In this document: piece by piece, positions 31,622 to 41,318 of the stretch
How the letters are laid out: the number at the start of each line of letters is the position of its first letter
How positions within the stretch are numbered: the stretch's first letter is position 1
DNA from: an uncultured Acidobacteriota bacterium
GTDB lineage: Bacteria > Acidobacteriota > Blastocatellia > RBC074
Direction: 5' to 3'
NCBI GenBank assembly: GCA_963796275.1
Contig: CAWCKY010000004.1
Span: 1,536,001-1,600,000 of the forward strand
Length of the DNA stretch: 64,000 bases
The notes under the pieces: generated by a model
Seen by the model: only the letters and a program-made list of their open reading frames with translations
Database searches by the model: none
Told to the model about the DNA's origin: nothing
Position numbers and translations under genes: made by a program

Positions 31622-34297
31622 ATGCGATTCATACGCTGGTTCTACACTATGCCGCTAAGGTTGCGCTCGCTCTTCCGTCGCAGACAAGTCGAGCAGGAAC
31701 TGGACGAGGAGCTCCGCTATCACATCGAGCGGCAAATTGAAGAACACATCGCCAAAGGTATGACACCGGAGGAAGCGCGATACACCGCTCTGCGCGCACT
31801 GGGCGGGATCGAGCAGAGAAAAGAGGAGTGCCGCGATCTGCGACGGGTGAGATTGATTGAAGATCTAATACAAGACCTCCGCTACGGGCTACGAACACTG
31901 CGCAAGAGTCCTGGAGTCACGGCAATTGCCATCCTCTCGCTTGCCCTCGGAATTGGAGCCAACACAGCTATCTTCAGCCTGATCAACGCGCTGATGTTGA
32001 GAATGCTGCCGGTCAAAGAGCCGCAGGAACTGGTGGTTTTCTCCCACACCAACACGCTGGGTACAAGAGTCACGAGCAATAGTTTTAACTATCCGCTCTA
32101 CGAAATGTTCCGCGATCGCAATCAGTCCTTCACCGGCATCTTTGCCGCGGGTGGGGTGGGAAGGGCGCGGCTGACGGTGGAGGGAACGGCAGGCGAGGTC
32201 GAGTCTGCTCAACAGAATCGCGTGTCGGGTAACTTCTTCTCTGTTCTGGGAGTCGATGCGATCATAGGCCGCACTCTGACCGAGGACGATGACAGGATAG
32301 TCAATCCACAACGGGTAGCGGTAATCAGCTACGATTTCTGGCAACGCCGGTTCGGCCTTGACCCCGCCGTCATAGACCGTCGAATCACTCTCGATGACAG
32401 ACCGTTGACTATTGTGGGCGTCGCTCCGCCAGGCTTCTTCGGTTTCGAAGTCGGGCGTAGACCCGATATCTGGTGGCCGATCACCGAAAAGGGCGACGGT
32501 TCGTTAAGACATTACGATGATTATTGGATTCGAGTAATGGGTCGTTTGCGTCCCGGAGTGAACCTCACGCAGGCGCGGGCCGAGATGCACTTGATCTACC
32601 GGCAGCAGATTGATGAGATCACCAGGGGGGAAGGGGCAAACTGGAGACCGACGGAGCGGCAAAACTGGTTCGAGAGCCGTATCGAGCTCGAATCGGGGAG
32701 CGCCGGTTGGACACTTTTACGTCAAAGATTCCGTCAACCGCTCTTGATCCTGATGATCACCGTCGCGCTAGTGCTGCTAGTCGCTTGTGTCAATATCGCA
32801 AACCTGCTGCTGGCGCGCGCGGCGATGCGGCGCAAGGAGATTGCGGTACGGCTGGCGCTCGGCGCAGGACGCTTCAGGCTGATCCGCCAGTCGCTCACTG
32901 AGAGCGTTCTGATGGCCGTGCTCGGCGGCACCGCCGGATTACTCTTCGCACACTGGATCATGCGTCTTCTCCTTGCCTACCTACCACAGCAAAGTCAGGT
33001 GTTGCTCGATGTCGCGCCGGATGGACGGGTGCTCGGATTCACTCTGGCGGTTTCGCTACTGACCGGACTGTTGTTCGGCCTGGCGCCGGCGCTACAGGCG
33101 ACGCGGCTCGACTTGATCTTGTCACTCAAGGATGCAGTGGGGAGGAGCACGGGCCGCACGCGATTTGCGTTGAACAAACTCCTGGTCGTGACACAGGTTG
33201 CGCTATCGCTCTTCCTGCTCGTCGGCGCTGGGCTCCTTGTGCGCAGCCTGCATAATTTACGGAATATAGACACTGGTTTCGATCACGAGAATCTGATGCA
33301 GTTCTCTATTGATCCTGGCAGAGGCTATAACACCGAGCAGCGCGTTAACCTGCATAAGCAACTGGTGGCGCGGCTGGAGACATTACCGGGTGTGCGCGCA
33401 GCCACATTTTCCAGTCCCGGCTTTCTGATTGGCGGTACCTATCGTACTGTTCCCACCGTTCCCGGCTACGCGGCGGGGCCCGATGAAGACCTGACGTGTC
33501 ACTATATGGATGTGGGACCACGTTTTTTTGAAACGATGAAGATACCGATCCTGGCAGGTCGCGACTTCGGGCCGCAGGGTAAAGGAGTAGTGATCAATCA
33601 GACGATGGCCCGCTATTTCTTCGGCAAACAGGACCCGGTCGGTAAGCGCTTCTACGAAGGTAAGCAGCAATATGAGATTATCGGAGTAGTGAAAGACGCC
33701 AGGTACTCTGATATGCGCGAACAACCGCCGCGCACTTTCTATCGGCAGTGGCCTCCAGATAATGTGACCTTTCAGCTGCGCACAGGCGGCGAAAATCAGG
33801 CCTATGTGGCAACGATCCACCTTCTGGTACGGGAGATCGACCCGAAGCTGCAGGTAGTGGATTTACGCACTATGGATGACGCTGTAAACGATGACCTCGT
33901 AAAGGAGCGCTTCACCGCGCAACTTGCGAGCTCCTTCAGTCTGTTCGCCCTGCTGCTGGCCTGCATCGGGTTGTACGGAGTGATGTCCTACGCTGTGGCG
34001 CGCCGGACGAGTGAGATCGGTATTCGCATGGCCCTCGGCGCACAAGCGCGGGACGTTGTAGTGCTGGTTATGCGAGAGACGATGCTGCTGGTTGTGATCG
34101 GTGTCGCTATCGGACTGGCGGCGGCATTGGCGTCCACACGTCTGGTATCCACGCTATTGTATGGCCTCACCCCCTCGGATCCTTTGACTATCGCGTTGGC
34201 CACGATGCTGTTAATCGTAGTAGCGGCTCTAGCCGGGTATCTGCCTGCGCGACGTGCAGCGCAGGTAGAACCACTTGTGTCTCTCCGGCACGAATAA
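31622..34297 (+). CDS. ADOP-family duplicated ABC permease
   Basis: 891-aa ORF, AGGAGG RBS, all family motifs. Confidence 0.95.
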   Translation: MRFIRWFYTMPLRLRSLFRRRQVEQELDEELRYHIERQIEEHIAKGMTPEEARYTALRALGGIEQRKEECRDLRRVRLIEDLIQDLRYGLRTLRKSPGVTAIAILSLALGIGANTAIFSLINALMLRMLPVKEPQELVVFSHTNTLGTRVTSNSFNYPLYEMFRDRNQSFTGIFAAGGVGRARLTVEGTAGEVESAQQNRVSGNFFSVLGVDAIIGRTLTEDDDRIVNPQRVAVISYDFWQRRFGLDPAVIDRRITLDDRPLTIVGVAPPGFFGFEVGRRPDIWWPITEKGDGSLRHYDDYWIRVMGRLRPGVNLTQARAEMHLIYRQQIDEITRGEGANWRPTERQNWFESRIELESGSAGWTLLRQRFRQPLLILMITVALVLLVACVNIANLLLARAAMRRKEIAVRLALGAGRFRLIRQSLTESVLMAVLGGTAGLLFAHWIMRLLLAYLPQQSQVLLDVAPDGRVLGFTLAVSLLTGLLFGLAPALQATRLDLILSLKDAVGRSTGRTRFALNKLLVVTQVALSLFLLVGAGLLVRSLHNLRNIDTGFDHENLMQFSIDPGRGYNTEQRVNLHKQLVARLETLPGVRAATFSSPGFLIGGTYRTVPTVPGYAAGPDEDLTCHYMDVGPRFFETMKIPILAGRDFGPQGKGVVINQTMARYFFGKQDPVGKRFYEGKQQYEIIGVVKDARYSDMREQPPRTFYRQWPPDNVTFQLRTGGENQAYVATIHLLVREIDPKLQVVDLRTMDDAVNDDLVKERFTAQLASSFSLFALLLACIGLYGVMSYAVARRTSEIGIRMALGAQARDVVVLVMRETMLLVVIGVAIGLAAALASTRLVSTLLYGLTPSDPLTIALATMLLIVVAALAGYLPARRAAQVEPLVSLRHE

Positions 34298-34311
34298 GGA
34301 GGCTTGAGGGG

Positions 34312-34620
34312 ATGCGATTCATACGCTGGTTCTACACCATACCACTGAGATTCCGCTCGCTCTTCCGCCACCGGCAGGCCGATCAGGAGTTGGACGAAGA
34401 GCTCCGATAACACATTGAACGGCAAATCGAAGAGTTCATCGACAAATGTATGACTTTAGAGGAAGCGCGTTATGATGCGCTGCGCGCTCTCGGAGGCATT
34501 GACCAACGCAAGGAGGAGTGCCGAGATATGCGACGTGTACGGTTGATCGAAGACATGGTCCAGGATGTCCAATATGGGCTGCGGACGCTGCGCCGCAATC
34601 CAGGCTTTGCCGCGTTCTCA
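34312..34620 (+). pseudogene. ADOP permease N-terminal fragment
   Basis: MRFIRWFYT copy of the 31622 start; in-frame TAA at 34408; similarity ends after RRNPGF. Confidence 0.88.
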
Positions 34621-34755
34621 ATTCTCATTTCGGCGGCGACTCAACAATCCGCTAGTAGCGCATATTATGCGTCAGTCGCGTCAGAACGAAATGCTCTGTG
34701 TCCTTGTGGTACCCGACATATTTCCTCCATGCCTTTTGTATTCTTCCATCGGTTT

Positions 34756-35928
34756 TCAATTCATTTTCGGATTCCGATAGATACAAACATTCCTGCTGAG
34801 CTGCTTAGTCGGCGTCGCGCCTTCATCCGTCCTAATGCCATGTAGCAAGGAGAGTGCCTCGCTCAGGGCAGTAGTGGCGCCTCGCCGGGACACCTCAATC
34901 ACCTCGTTCAGACCTGTCGAGCTTGACAGATGTATCTGTTCGTAGGCGCAGATTGGAATCTCACGGTTGTCCTTAAATCGCCGATCGGGGCCACCTTTCT
35001 TGTTGACGTAGCGCCAAGTTCTCCCGACTACTGTCGCGTCCTGAGGGACAGCCTCCTCCTCAACAAACTGGCTCTCGGCGATGTTGAGATCGAGAGCTGA
35101 GTAGCTGATAGCGCCTACAGCTGCCGGCTCGAACACCAGAAGCCGATCTGGCATGAATGCAAGCACCTGCTTGCCGACTGGAACCAGTGGCACCTCGACA
35201 TTCGTTTTGACAAACGGGGGCGCGCCGGTGGTCAGGCTAAACTGCTTGCGCTTCACAATCCCACTGGCTCCTGCATGATACTTGCGGTCCTGGACTTCCC
35301 CCCGGGCTTCAATGTGCCATGTCCGGGAGCACGACCGTAACATGCTAAAGGCATCGTGGAGTCTCGCATATGCGGTCTCGACCTCCGGCTCGAGTTCGTA
35401 CAGGATAACCGTTGTCTTTCGGAGTTCGTCTTTCATGGATAGCAACCAGCAGATTCCGACAGCCAGGGCAGCGAACAGCACGACCAACCAAGTGGGCGTA
35501 TCACCCGCGAGTAATAGCAGTGTCCCGATGATGGACAGAGCGATCGCACCCGGCAGAAGTCGGACCTTCTTCCTCTTTTCGTTCATCTCCCGGAGGAGTT
35601 CACCGCTGGATGCATCAACCATCTCCTGGACGGACCTGCTTTCGATATCATGTAGTGGTCCCGCCGTGCCCGGCGGGACTTCCGGGCCAGAAGGCGCGCC
35701 GGGACCCGGCAATAGCTGAGGGTTGTTCGACCGGGTGGCTGCGCGTCCGCTTGGCGGATTGAGACTCTTGCGAAAGTAGAGCCCTCCTCGGCCCATGTGG
35801 ACGTAGTTCCCGCGCGGCCCTGTGCCGAGCCGGAGCCCCTTGATTCCTGCGGACACGCCCACGCCCGACTTTGACAGGTTGAATCGAAGCGGGCCAACTT
35901 TGAGCGCCTTCCTGATGTAGAAGCCCAT
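34756..35928 (-). CDS. DUF4236 domain membrane protein
   Basis: MGFYIRKALKVGPLRFNLSKSGVGVSAG..GGLYFRK; two TM; WRYVNKKGGPDRRFKDN. Confidence 0.88.
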   Translation of the reverse strand: MGFYIRKALKVGPLRFNLSKSGVGVSAGIKGLRLGTGPRGNYVHMGRGGLYFRKSLNPPSGRAATRSNNPQLLPGPGAPSGPEVPPGTAGPLHDIESRSVQEMVDASSGELLREMNEKRKKVRLLPGAIALSIIGTLLLLAGDTPTWLVVLFAALAVGICWLLSMKDELRKTTVILYELEPEVETAYARLHDAFSMLRSCSRTWHIEARGEVQDRKYHAGASGIVKRKQFSLTTGAPPFVKTNVEVPLVPVGKQVLAFMPDRLLVFEPAAVGAISYSALDLNIAESQFVEEEAVPQDATVVGRTWRYVNKKGGPDRRFKDNREIPICAYEQIHLSSSTGLNEVIEVSRRGATTALSEALSLLHGIRTDEGATPTKQLSRNVCIYRNPKMN

Positions 35929-36306
35929 AGACTATCCTCCTCTCCGGCCGTCTAACAACGTTTTATCATTCTGTAAATTTCAGAATGGGTTATTTTCTTG
36001 CCAGCCTTTATGTACTGCTTGTGATCAGGGTGGCTTCGGTATATGGGGCAATATGAAAGCTATATTGGAGGGAAACATCTCTCTAATTTGAGTGATTAAT
36101 ATGACGCACATCTTTCAACATTTAATCTGATCGATTAAATTCAAAGATGATTGCATATTGGCTCAGTTACTTTAGTTTTGCCTGATGGTGATCTCAGCAT
36201 CTTTTGCATGGTATAGCCCCCATCCACAACCCGATCGATGCGTCCGGACTTAATAAGCCGGCTAATTTGATTGGCCGTCACCCCTGCTCTGCGAGATTGC
36301 GGCGGG

Positions 36307-37257
36307 TCACCTGGCTCTCTTCTCTTTCGCCATCGCATCAAACTCAGCGATGTCTAATCCCCTTGCATCGAGATAGTTGTGAAGCTCACGGCGAGCCGCC
36401 ATCTTCTCGCGGGCGGAGGTCTGTTCGAGGACTTCGCCAATCTTCCAGGTAACGACAGTCGCCTGCCGGTCATATCCGCTTCGCCGATAATATGCGCCAT
36501 CGTTGTACTCCCATATCCAACCCACAGGGCAATTCTCCGAGAGGGCGATCATGGTCAGGTTCTTGAGCCGCCTCGAGCAGTATGAGTCCTCAGATTCAAG
36601 ATAGGGCCCGCGGTCTTCCATCCCGGCGTAGAGACAGACCTGTTCGTCAGCGTGTTTATCGATGCCAGGCTCGGTGAGAATGAATAACTTCATTAAGCGA
36701 TCAAGCTCTTCCTGCGAGCCCTTCTCAAAGTGGAGTTCGTGACCTTCAGCGGAAGGATCAAAGAACGGGTCTTCCATGAAGCGACTGATGCCGTCGCGAA
36801 AGTAATCGTGCAGGCGTTTGCTTATCGCATCGTGGTCGTTTCCGCATTCCTGCCAGACCTCCACCAGGTCGAGTTTGTGCTCAAAGAACTCATACGAGGC
36901 CCCTTCCTTGATGACGCCGATGCCGTCAGCCCGGAAGATTACAGAGACGCTTTCGAAGCTATAGTCGCAGGTAGTGGTCAGATGAGGGATACGGGCGTTG
37001 ACGAAGCCCACCCTCTCGACCAGCGATCCTTCGCTTTCGGGTCTGACCTCTACGAATATCCTGTAATCGACGGCTCTGAAAGTGAGGTCGGGATAGACCT
37101 CTTCCAGCTTATCGAAGATGTGGTTGTATTTGGGTTCTTTCGTTGGAGACTGGCCATATCGCTCGCGCAGGAAGTTGTGGAATTTCAGAAGCGACATCAT
37201 TTCGCGGTAATCCAATTCCGCTTCGCGAGCTTTCTCATTGAGGTCTGTAAAATCCAT
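36307..37257 (-). CDS. Hypothetical protein, paralog of 15887-16837
   Basis: GGAGG RBS; shared MDFT.L.EKAREA, MEDPFFDPS, RLMKLFILTEP, EYNDGAY, SAREKMAARREL. Confidence 0.8.
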   Translation of the reverse strand: MDFTDLNEKAREAELDYREMMSLLKFHNFLRERYGQSPTKEPKYNHIFDKLEEVYPDLTFRAVDYRIFVEVRPESEGSLVERVGFVNARIPHLTTTCDYSFESVSVIFRADGIGVIKEGASYEFFEHKLDLVEVWQECGNDHDAISKRLHDYFRDGISRFMEDPFFDPSAEGHELHFEKGSQEELDRLMKLFILTEPGIDKHADEQVCLYAGMEDRGPYLESEDSYCSRRLKNLTMIALSENCPVGWIWEYNDGAYYRRSGYDRQATVVTWKIGEVLEQTSAREKMAARRELHNYLDARGLDIAEFDAMAKEKRAR

Positions 37258-37440
37258 TATGTCCTCCAGCGGCACGATTTTTTTGCGGCCCGCCGATATA
37301 TCCGGTCTAAGCGAATGATTGCCCGGATTTTCTACGAGCGGCAGCGAACATTAACGGAGCGAGGGGAGAAACCCGCTCGACCACCCCTGGCCCCTATGTG
37401 CGAGTCTCCCGCCTCCGCCTCCGCTTATTGCCGCCCGCAT

Positions 37441-37713
37441 TCATGTTCTCTTCTTCGTGTGATCATCGAATTCAGGAGCAGAGGCAGGGATCAACGTCTC
37501 GTAAGGGTCGTCATCGAACATCAACCCGAGTGAGACCATTTCGATCTCAGGTTCTCGATCGGCCCGACGGTGGAGATTGATCGCGCAGATGGCATAAGCG
37601 GGTTCGCCGTTGCTGCGGTTCCGACATTCGAGCAGGGCGATGTCGCCGTTCCTGAAAGCCCTCTCCAAAGAATTAAAGTTAGTTTTGATCGCATTGGGAA
37701 TCGCCATCATCAC
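37441..37713 (-). CDS. DUF6117-like protein
   Basis: MAIP..TNF..L.RA..GDIALLEC..GEP.YAICA..DPYE. Confidence 0.65.
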   Translation of the reverse strand: MMMAIPNAIKTNFNSLERAFRNGDIALLECRNRSNGEPAYAICAINLHRRADREPEIEMVSLGLMFDDDPYETLIPASAPEFDDHTKKRT

Positions 37714-37720
37714 CTCCTCG

Positions 37721-38833
37721 TTATCGACAGGCTGCCAGAGCCAGGGGCATTACGATTGCCACGCAGCGATCCTGATCGGATGTGCTGATAGTGAACTGGG
37801 CCGGTGTCTCGCCGTTCTTGATCTCGAGTCGGATTTCGTCTTCATCGAGAGCGTTGAAGACGTCGCTGAGATAGCTTGCGTTGAACCCCACGGTTATCTT
37901 CTTTCCTTGATATCTGACTGGTATGGTCTCGCCCGCTTCTCCGCAGCCAGCAGACTGCGATGAGATATCCAGCTTCCCTTTGCCGATCACCAGTTTGATC
38001 GCCCGCGAGCGGCTATCAGCCATCAACGCGACACGTTTGACGGCCGGAGAGATAAGGTCACGATCGAGAGTCAAACGACTAAGATTCTCTTTCGGCAGAA
38101 CGGCCGAATAGTCCGGGTACCGGCCGGCTAGCAGACAGGAGACGAGTTCACGTTTGCCGATTTTGAAGTGGATGTGATTGTCATTCTTTCCGATCAGCAG
38201 CATCTCGTCGCAGGCGGCGCATATCTTTGCCAGTTCGACCAGGGCTTTCTTGGGTATGTTTGCGTCGACCACCGCATCGAATCTTCCTTCGTGCTCGACC
38301 AGGGCCAGGCGATGGCCGTCTGTCGCTACCATTCTGATACTTTCGTCGGAGATATCCAGCTTCACGCCGTGGAGGGAGTAATGCGATCCCTCCTGACCGA
38401 CAGCGTGAATGACGCGAGGGATGAATCGCGAAAAAAGCTCGGCCGGGGCCTCGGCGTATTCGCCCGAGTATTCTTGAACGCGAGGAAAATCCTTGGCGGG
38501 CGCTCCATGCAGTTTGAACCTTGAGCCGTTACTTGCGATCGTCGCCTGGCACTGATCGTTGGTCTTAATTTCGATCTCACCATTGGCGAGAGACTTCACT
38601 ATCTCCGCCAGCTTCCTGGCAGGCAGACAGATCGAGCCGCCCCCGCCCACACTGGCCTCGCATTCGGTCGTGACTGTAACGTCGAGGTCGCTGGCGCGCA
38701 TCGTGATTTTACCGGGGACAGTTTCGATCAGAATATGCGAGAGGATAGGAATCATCTGCTTCGAACCCGCCACGCCCTGCAGGTAGTAGAGCTCGCTCAA
38801 GAGCTGATCGCGATCGACCTTAATGTTCATCAT
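37721..38833 (-). CDS. dnaN: DNA polymerase III beta sliding clamp (element-borne copy)
   Basis: IPILSHILIE, ASDLD, ATDGHRLA, GRYPDY, GFNASYL, VMPL; no dnaA/recF/gyrB adjacent. Confidence 0.95.
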   Translation of the reverse strand: MMNIKVDRDQLLSELYYLQGVAGSKQMIPILSHILIETVPGKITMRASDLDVTVTTECEASVGGGGSICLPARKLAEIVKSLANGEIEIKTNDQCQATIASNGSRFKLHGAPAKDFPRVQEYSGEYAEAPAELFSRFIPRVIHAVGQEGSHYSLHGVKLDISDESIRMVATDGHRLALVEHEGRFDAVVDANIPKKALVELAKICAACDEMLLIGKNDNHIHFKIGKRELVSCLLAGRYPDYSAVLPKENLSRLTLDRDLISPAVKRVALMADSRSRAIKLVIGKGKLDISSQSAGCGEAGETIPVRYQGKKITVGFNASYLSDVFNALDEDEIRLEIKNGETPAQFTISTSDQDRCVAIVMPLALAACR

Positions 38834-38950
38834 TGCCTCTTGACTCGCCCACCAAGCCACACGGATAGAAATTGACGAAGTGGACACAGGTAGAGCGGTC
38901 TTCGTCGTGTCTTATTCGTGTGATCTGATGGGCGAATCTTGTTAATGGGT

Positions 38951-40027
38951 TTAAACCACAGCAAACTCAGATTCGGTGAAGAGCGGTGCCGGAGTATTAG
39001 TGGTTGTGGCGTTGGGAGGGACGATCTCCGAAGTGAGAAGGCTGAGCGCCTCCCGTTCCAATCCGGCGATACCGGCTCGCACCTGATCCTGCCGCATTCC
39101 GAGCAGGTCCTGATACATCTCTGCCTTCGCTTTGAGCTGCTTGTAGATGACCAGGCGCTGCGCGATCGTCTTCTCTCGCAGGCGGTCGCCGGATTCGCTC
39201 AATCGGCCGAGGTCACCCCGCAGCGAACTGATCTCATCAAGCAACCCGGCGTGGATGGCTTTGGACAGGCCGCGCTTGGCCTCGACCGCGTCGGGAACGC
39301 CGAGTGCGCAGACAAACGGATCGAGCCCAGTCATCTGAGGGATAGCGGTGATCAGCTGGCGTAAACGAAGAAGCGAATCGCGCTCTCCTGACGGCACGAA
39401 ATAGACGCCGCCCGCCTGGCGAAGCGATACTGCACTCATTCCGTTAATGATCTCGCGCATCATCTCGGACAGGTCGCGCGCGATGAACAGGTCGCGGTAT
39501 TGCCGCCAGTAGGGTGCGAGTTCCTCCGTGACGCGGCGGCTCTCTCGCTGCGCGTCGATGACGCCCTCGGCATCGGTCGTGCAGATCATCTCGCCGGTCT
39601 TCTTGTGCAGCAGGATGCGCAGCGCAGTGCCGTACGACAGGCCTAGCACGCTGAAATCGATGTCCTCGGCGACGAGCGCATAGACGAGATGCTCACTGCC
39701 CGCGCGGTTGATGACGCGGATCAGCGTTCGTCTACGACCACTACCGTTCTCGTCCTGATCTTCGTCGCCCTGCTGAAGCTGCAAATTTCTGGCAATCCGT
39801 TGTTTAACCTTGATCCATTCTGCCAATGCTCGGCGCAATGCCACGCGCGGCGTCGGCGGATCGGGCAGATATTTGTCAAAGCCTGTTGCTTGCAGCGCCT
39901 GCTCCAAGTCAGGATGGCTGACGCGAATTCCTGCCAACCGCCAGAAGACTGTGTAGCCGATGAGCGGAAACTGCGAGGTTGAGGCTTCAACGCCGTTCAG
40001 ATCATGAATGTTCACGCCTTTATGCAT
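38951..40027 (-). CDS. Hypothetical protein, DUF6744-like
   Basis: AAGGAGGT RBS; LIGYTVFW N-terminus, SLRQAGGVYFVP, coiled C-terminus YQDLLG. Confidence 0.65.
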   Translation of the reverse strand: MHKGVNIHDLNGVEASTSQFPLIGYTVFWRLAGIRVSHPDLEQALQATGFDKYLPDPPTPRVALRRALAEWIKVKQRIARNLQLQQGDEDQDENGSGRRRTLIRVINRAGSEHLVYALVAEDIDFSVLGLSYGTALRILLHKKTGEMICTTDAEGVIDAQRESRRVTEELAPYWRQYRDLFIARDLSEMMREIINGMSAVSLRQAGGVYFVPSGERDSLLRLRQLITAIPQMTGLDPFVCALGVPDAVEAKRGLSKAIHAGLLDEISSLRGDLGRLSESGDRLREKTIAQRLVIYKQLKAKAEMYQDLLGMRQDQVRAGIAGLEREALSLLTSEIVPPNATTTNTPAPLFTESEFAVV

Positions 40028-40144
40028 AAGACACCTCCTTTTTCGTCAGAGTATGCCGCCCGCTTCAACTTCTGCTTGGAGGAGACGGCTCTTGAATCTC
40101 ATGAGCCATGATGGAAGCGCCGTAACTGAATAGGGAATTGTGCC

Positions 40145-41299
40145 ATGGGAACCATCCGACACGATCTCCCACGGTATTTTCAATCGGCAATAGGACGCTC
40201 ACGCGTACTTTGGCTTGTCTTTTCTGCCTTCAGTCATGGGCTGAAGGTGAAACAACGCGGGCTTTTATTTATATTCTCAGCCGGGGTAATTGAAAATTAT
40301 GGCACCGTTGGAGACAATTGGTTGATGGTTAGAATAACACAACAGATAACAAAAATGCCTGAGATTACCAATATCATTACTGCACACCTAAACACCCCTA
40401 GAATACAAAGGCCGAAACTGGTTTATTTTGATAAAAATATATATAACCAGATAAAAAAGCAGTTTTTAATAACCAGTGCTGATTACGAGTTAATTAAGAG
40501 AGCCATCAATATTGGAGTTATCATAGTCCCCGGAAGCATCACTGTGTTAGAAGAGGCACTGGGAATATATCGCAGCAAATCTAAAGGTTCCCTAGCTATA
40601 GAGAAGCAGGTGCTATCTGAACTCATTGACTGGAAACTGTTCATCAAAGCACCCAGGGATCTATTATTCGATGAAATCATGGGGTATATCAATGATGTGC
40701 CTTTTAACCCGTTTACTAGATATCCAATCACGCCAGAAAAGTTATACACAGAGGATCCAAAACAGGTGGCAGATTGGATAAATGTAGAGGCTGAAACAGA
40801 AGCACAAAAACTCGCATTTATCGATGGGCTCAAACCAGTTCGAGAGCAATTCCGTAAGCAAATGTTACAGATTCCGAAACAAAACAGAAAAATGACATTT
40901 CCCAGACTATGGCAGGAGCGGGCACATGAGTTTGCGGCAGAGTACGTCTCCAGATATTGTGCACTCAAGAAGGTGCAGAAAAAAGGGATCGAAGGCTTAT
41001 TAGATCGGAGGGTGCTACGCCTTACCGTTGGGTACGATCTTGCTTATTTCTTCAAAAAATTCATCCTTGATGCAAAGATGTCATCTTCTGATTCCCGCGA
41101 TCATCATCATGTGGCTTTAAGCTCAGTCACAGACATCTTTGTGACACAAGATGGGCCATTGGCCAACCTGCTATCCCTTGTACCAATGGAAAATTATACA
41201 GTTTGGTCATATAGGCAATTTATGAGCTGGTTGCGCCTAGTTATTGACTCGCCCACCCGAATACCTAGCTCAGTCTATAAGAAAGCTTGGGTGCGGTAA
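40145..41299 (+). CDS. Low-GC hypothetical protein, possibly PIN-like fold (start probably near 40354)
   Basis: VYFDKNIY, LEEA, SDSRDHHHV, DIFVTQD acidic pattern; AT-rich relative to flanks. Confidence 0.6.
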   Translation: MGTIRHDLPRYFQSAIGRSRVLWLVFSAFSHGLKVKQRGLLFIFSAGVIENYGTVGDNWLMVRITQQITKMPEITNIITAHLNTPRIQRPKLVYFDKNIYNQIKKQFLITSADYELIKRAINIGVIIVPGSITVLEEALGIYRSKSKGSLAIEKQVLSELIDWKLFIKAPRDLLFDEIMGYINDVPFNPFTRYPITPEKLYTEDPKQVADWINVEAETEAQKLAFIDGLKPVREQFRKQMLQIPKQNRKMTFPRLWQERAHEFAAEYVSRYCALKKVQKKGIEGLLDRRVLRLTVGYDLAYFFKKFILDAKMSSSDSRDHHHVALSSVTDIFVTQDGPLANLLSLVPMENYTVWSYRQFMSWLRLVIDSPTRIPSSVYKKAWVR

Positions 41300-41318
41300 C
41301 CTAGAAGCGGCGGGAGTG

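Noticed and set aside
20063-34297. Diversity-generating retroelement behind ADOP variation
   Set aside because: No reverse transcriptase or template repeat in the window; differences include indels and are not adenine-specific
37721-38833. dnaN as a marker of the chromosomal origin
   Set aside because: No dnaA, recF, gyrB or evident DnaA-box cluster; neighbours are mobile-element-type genes
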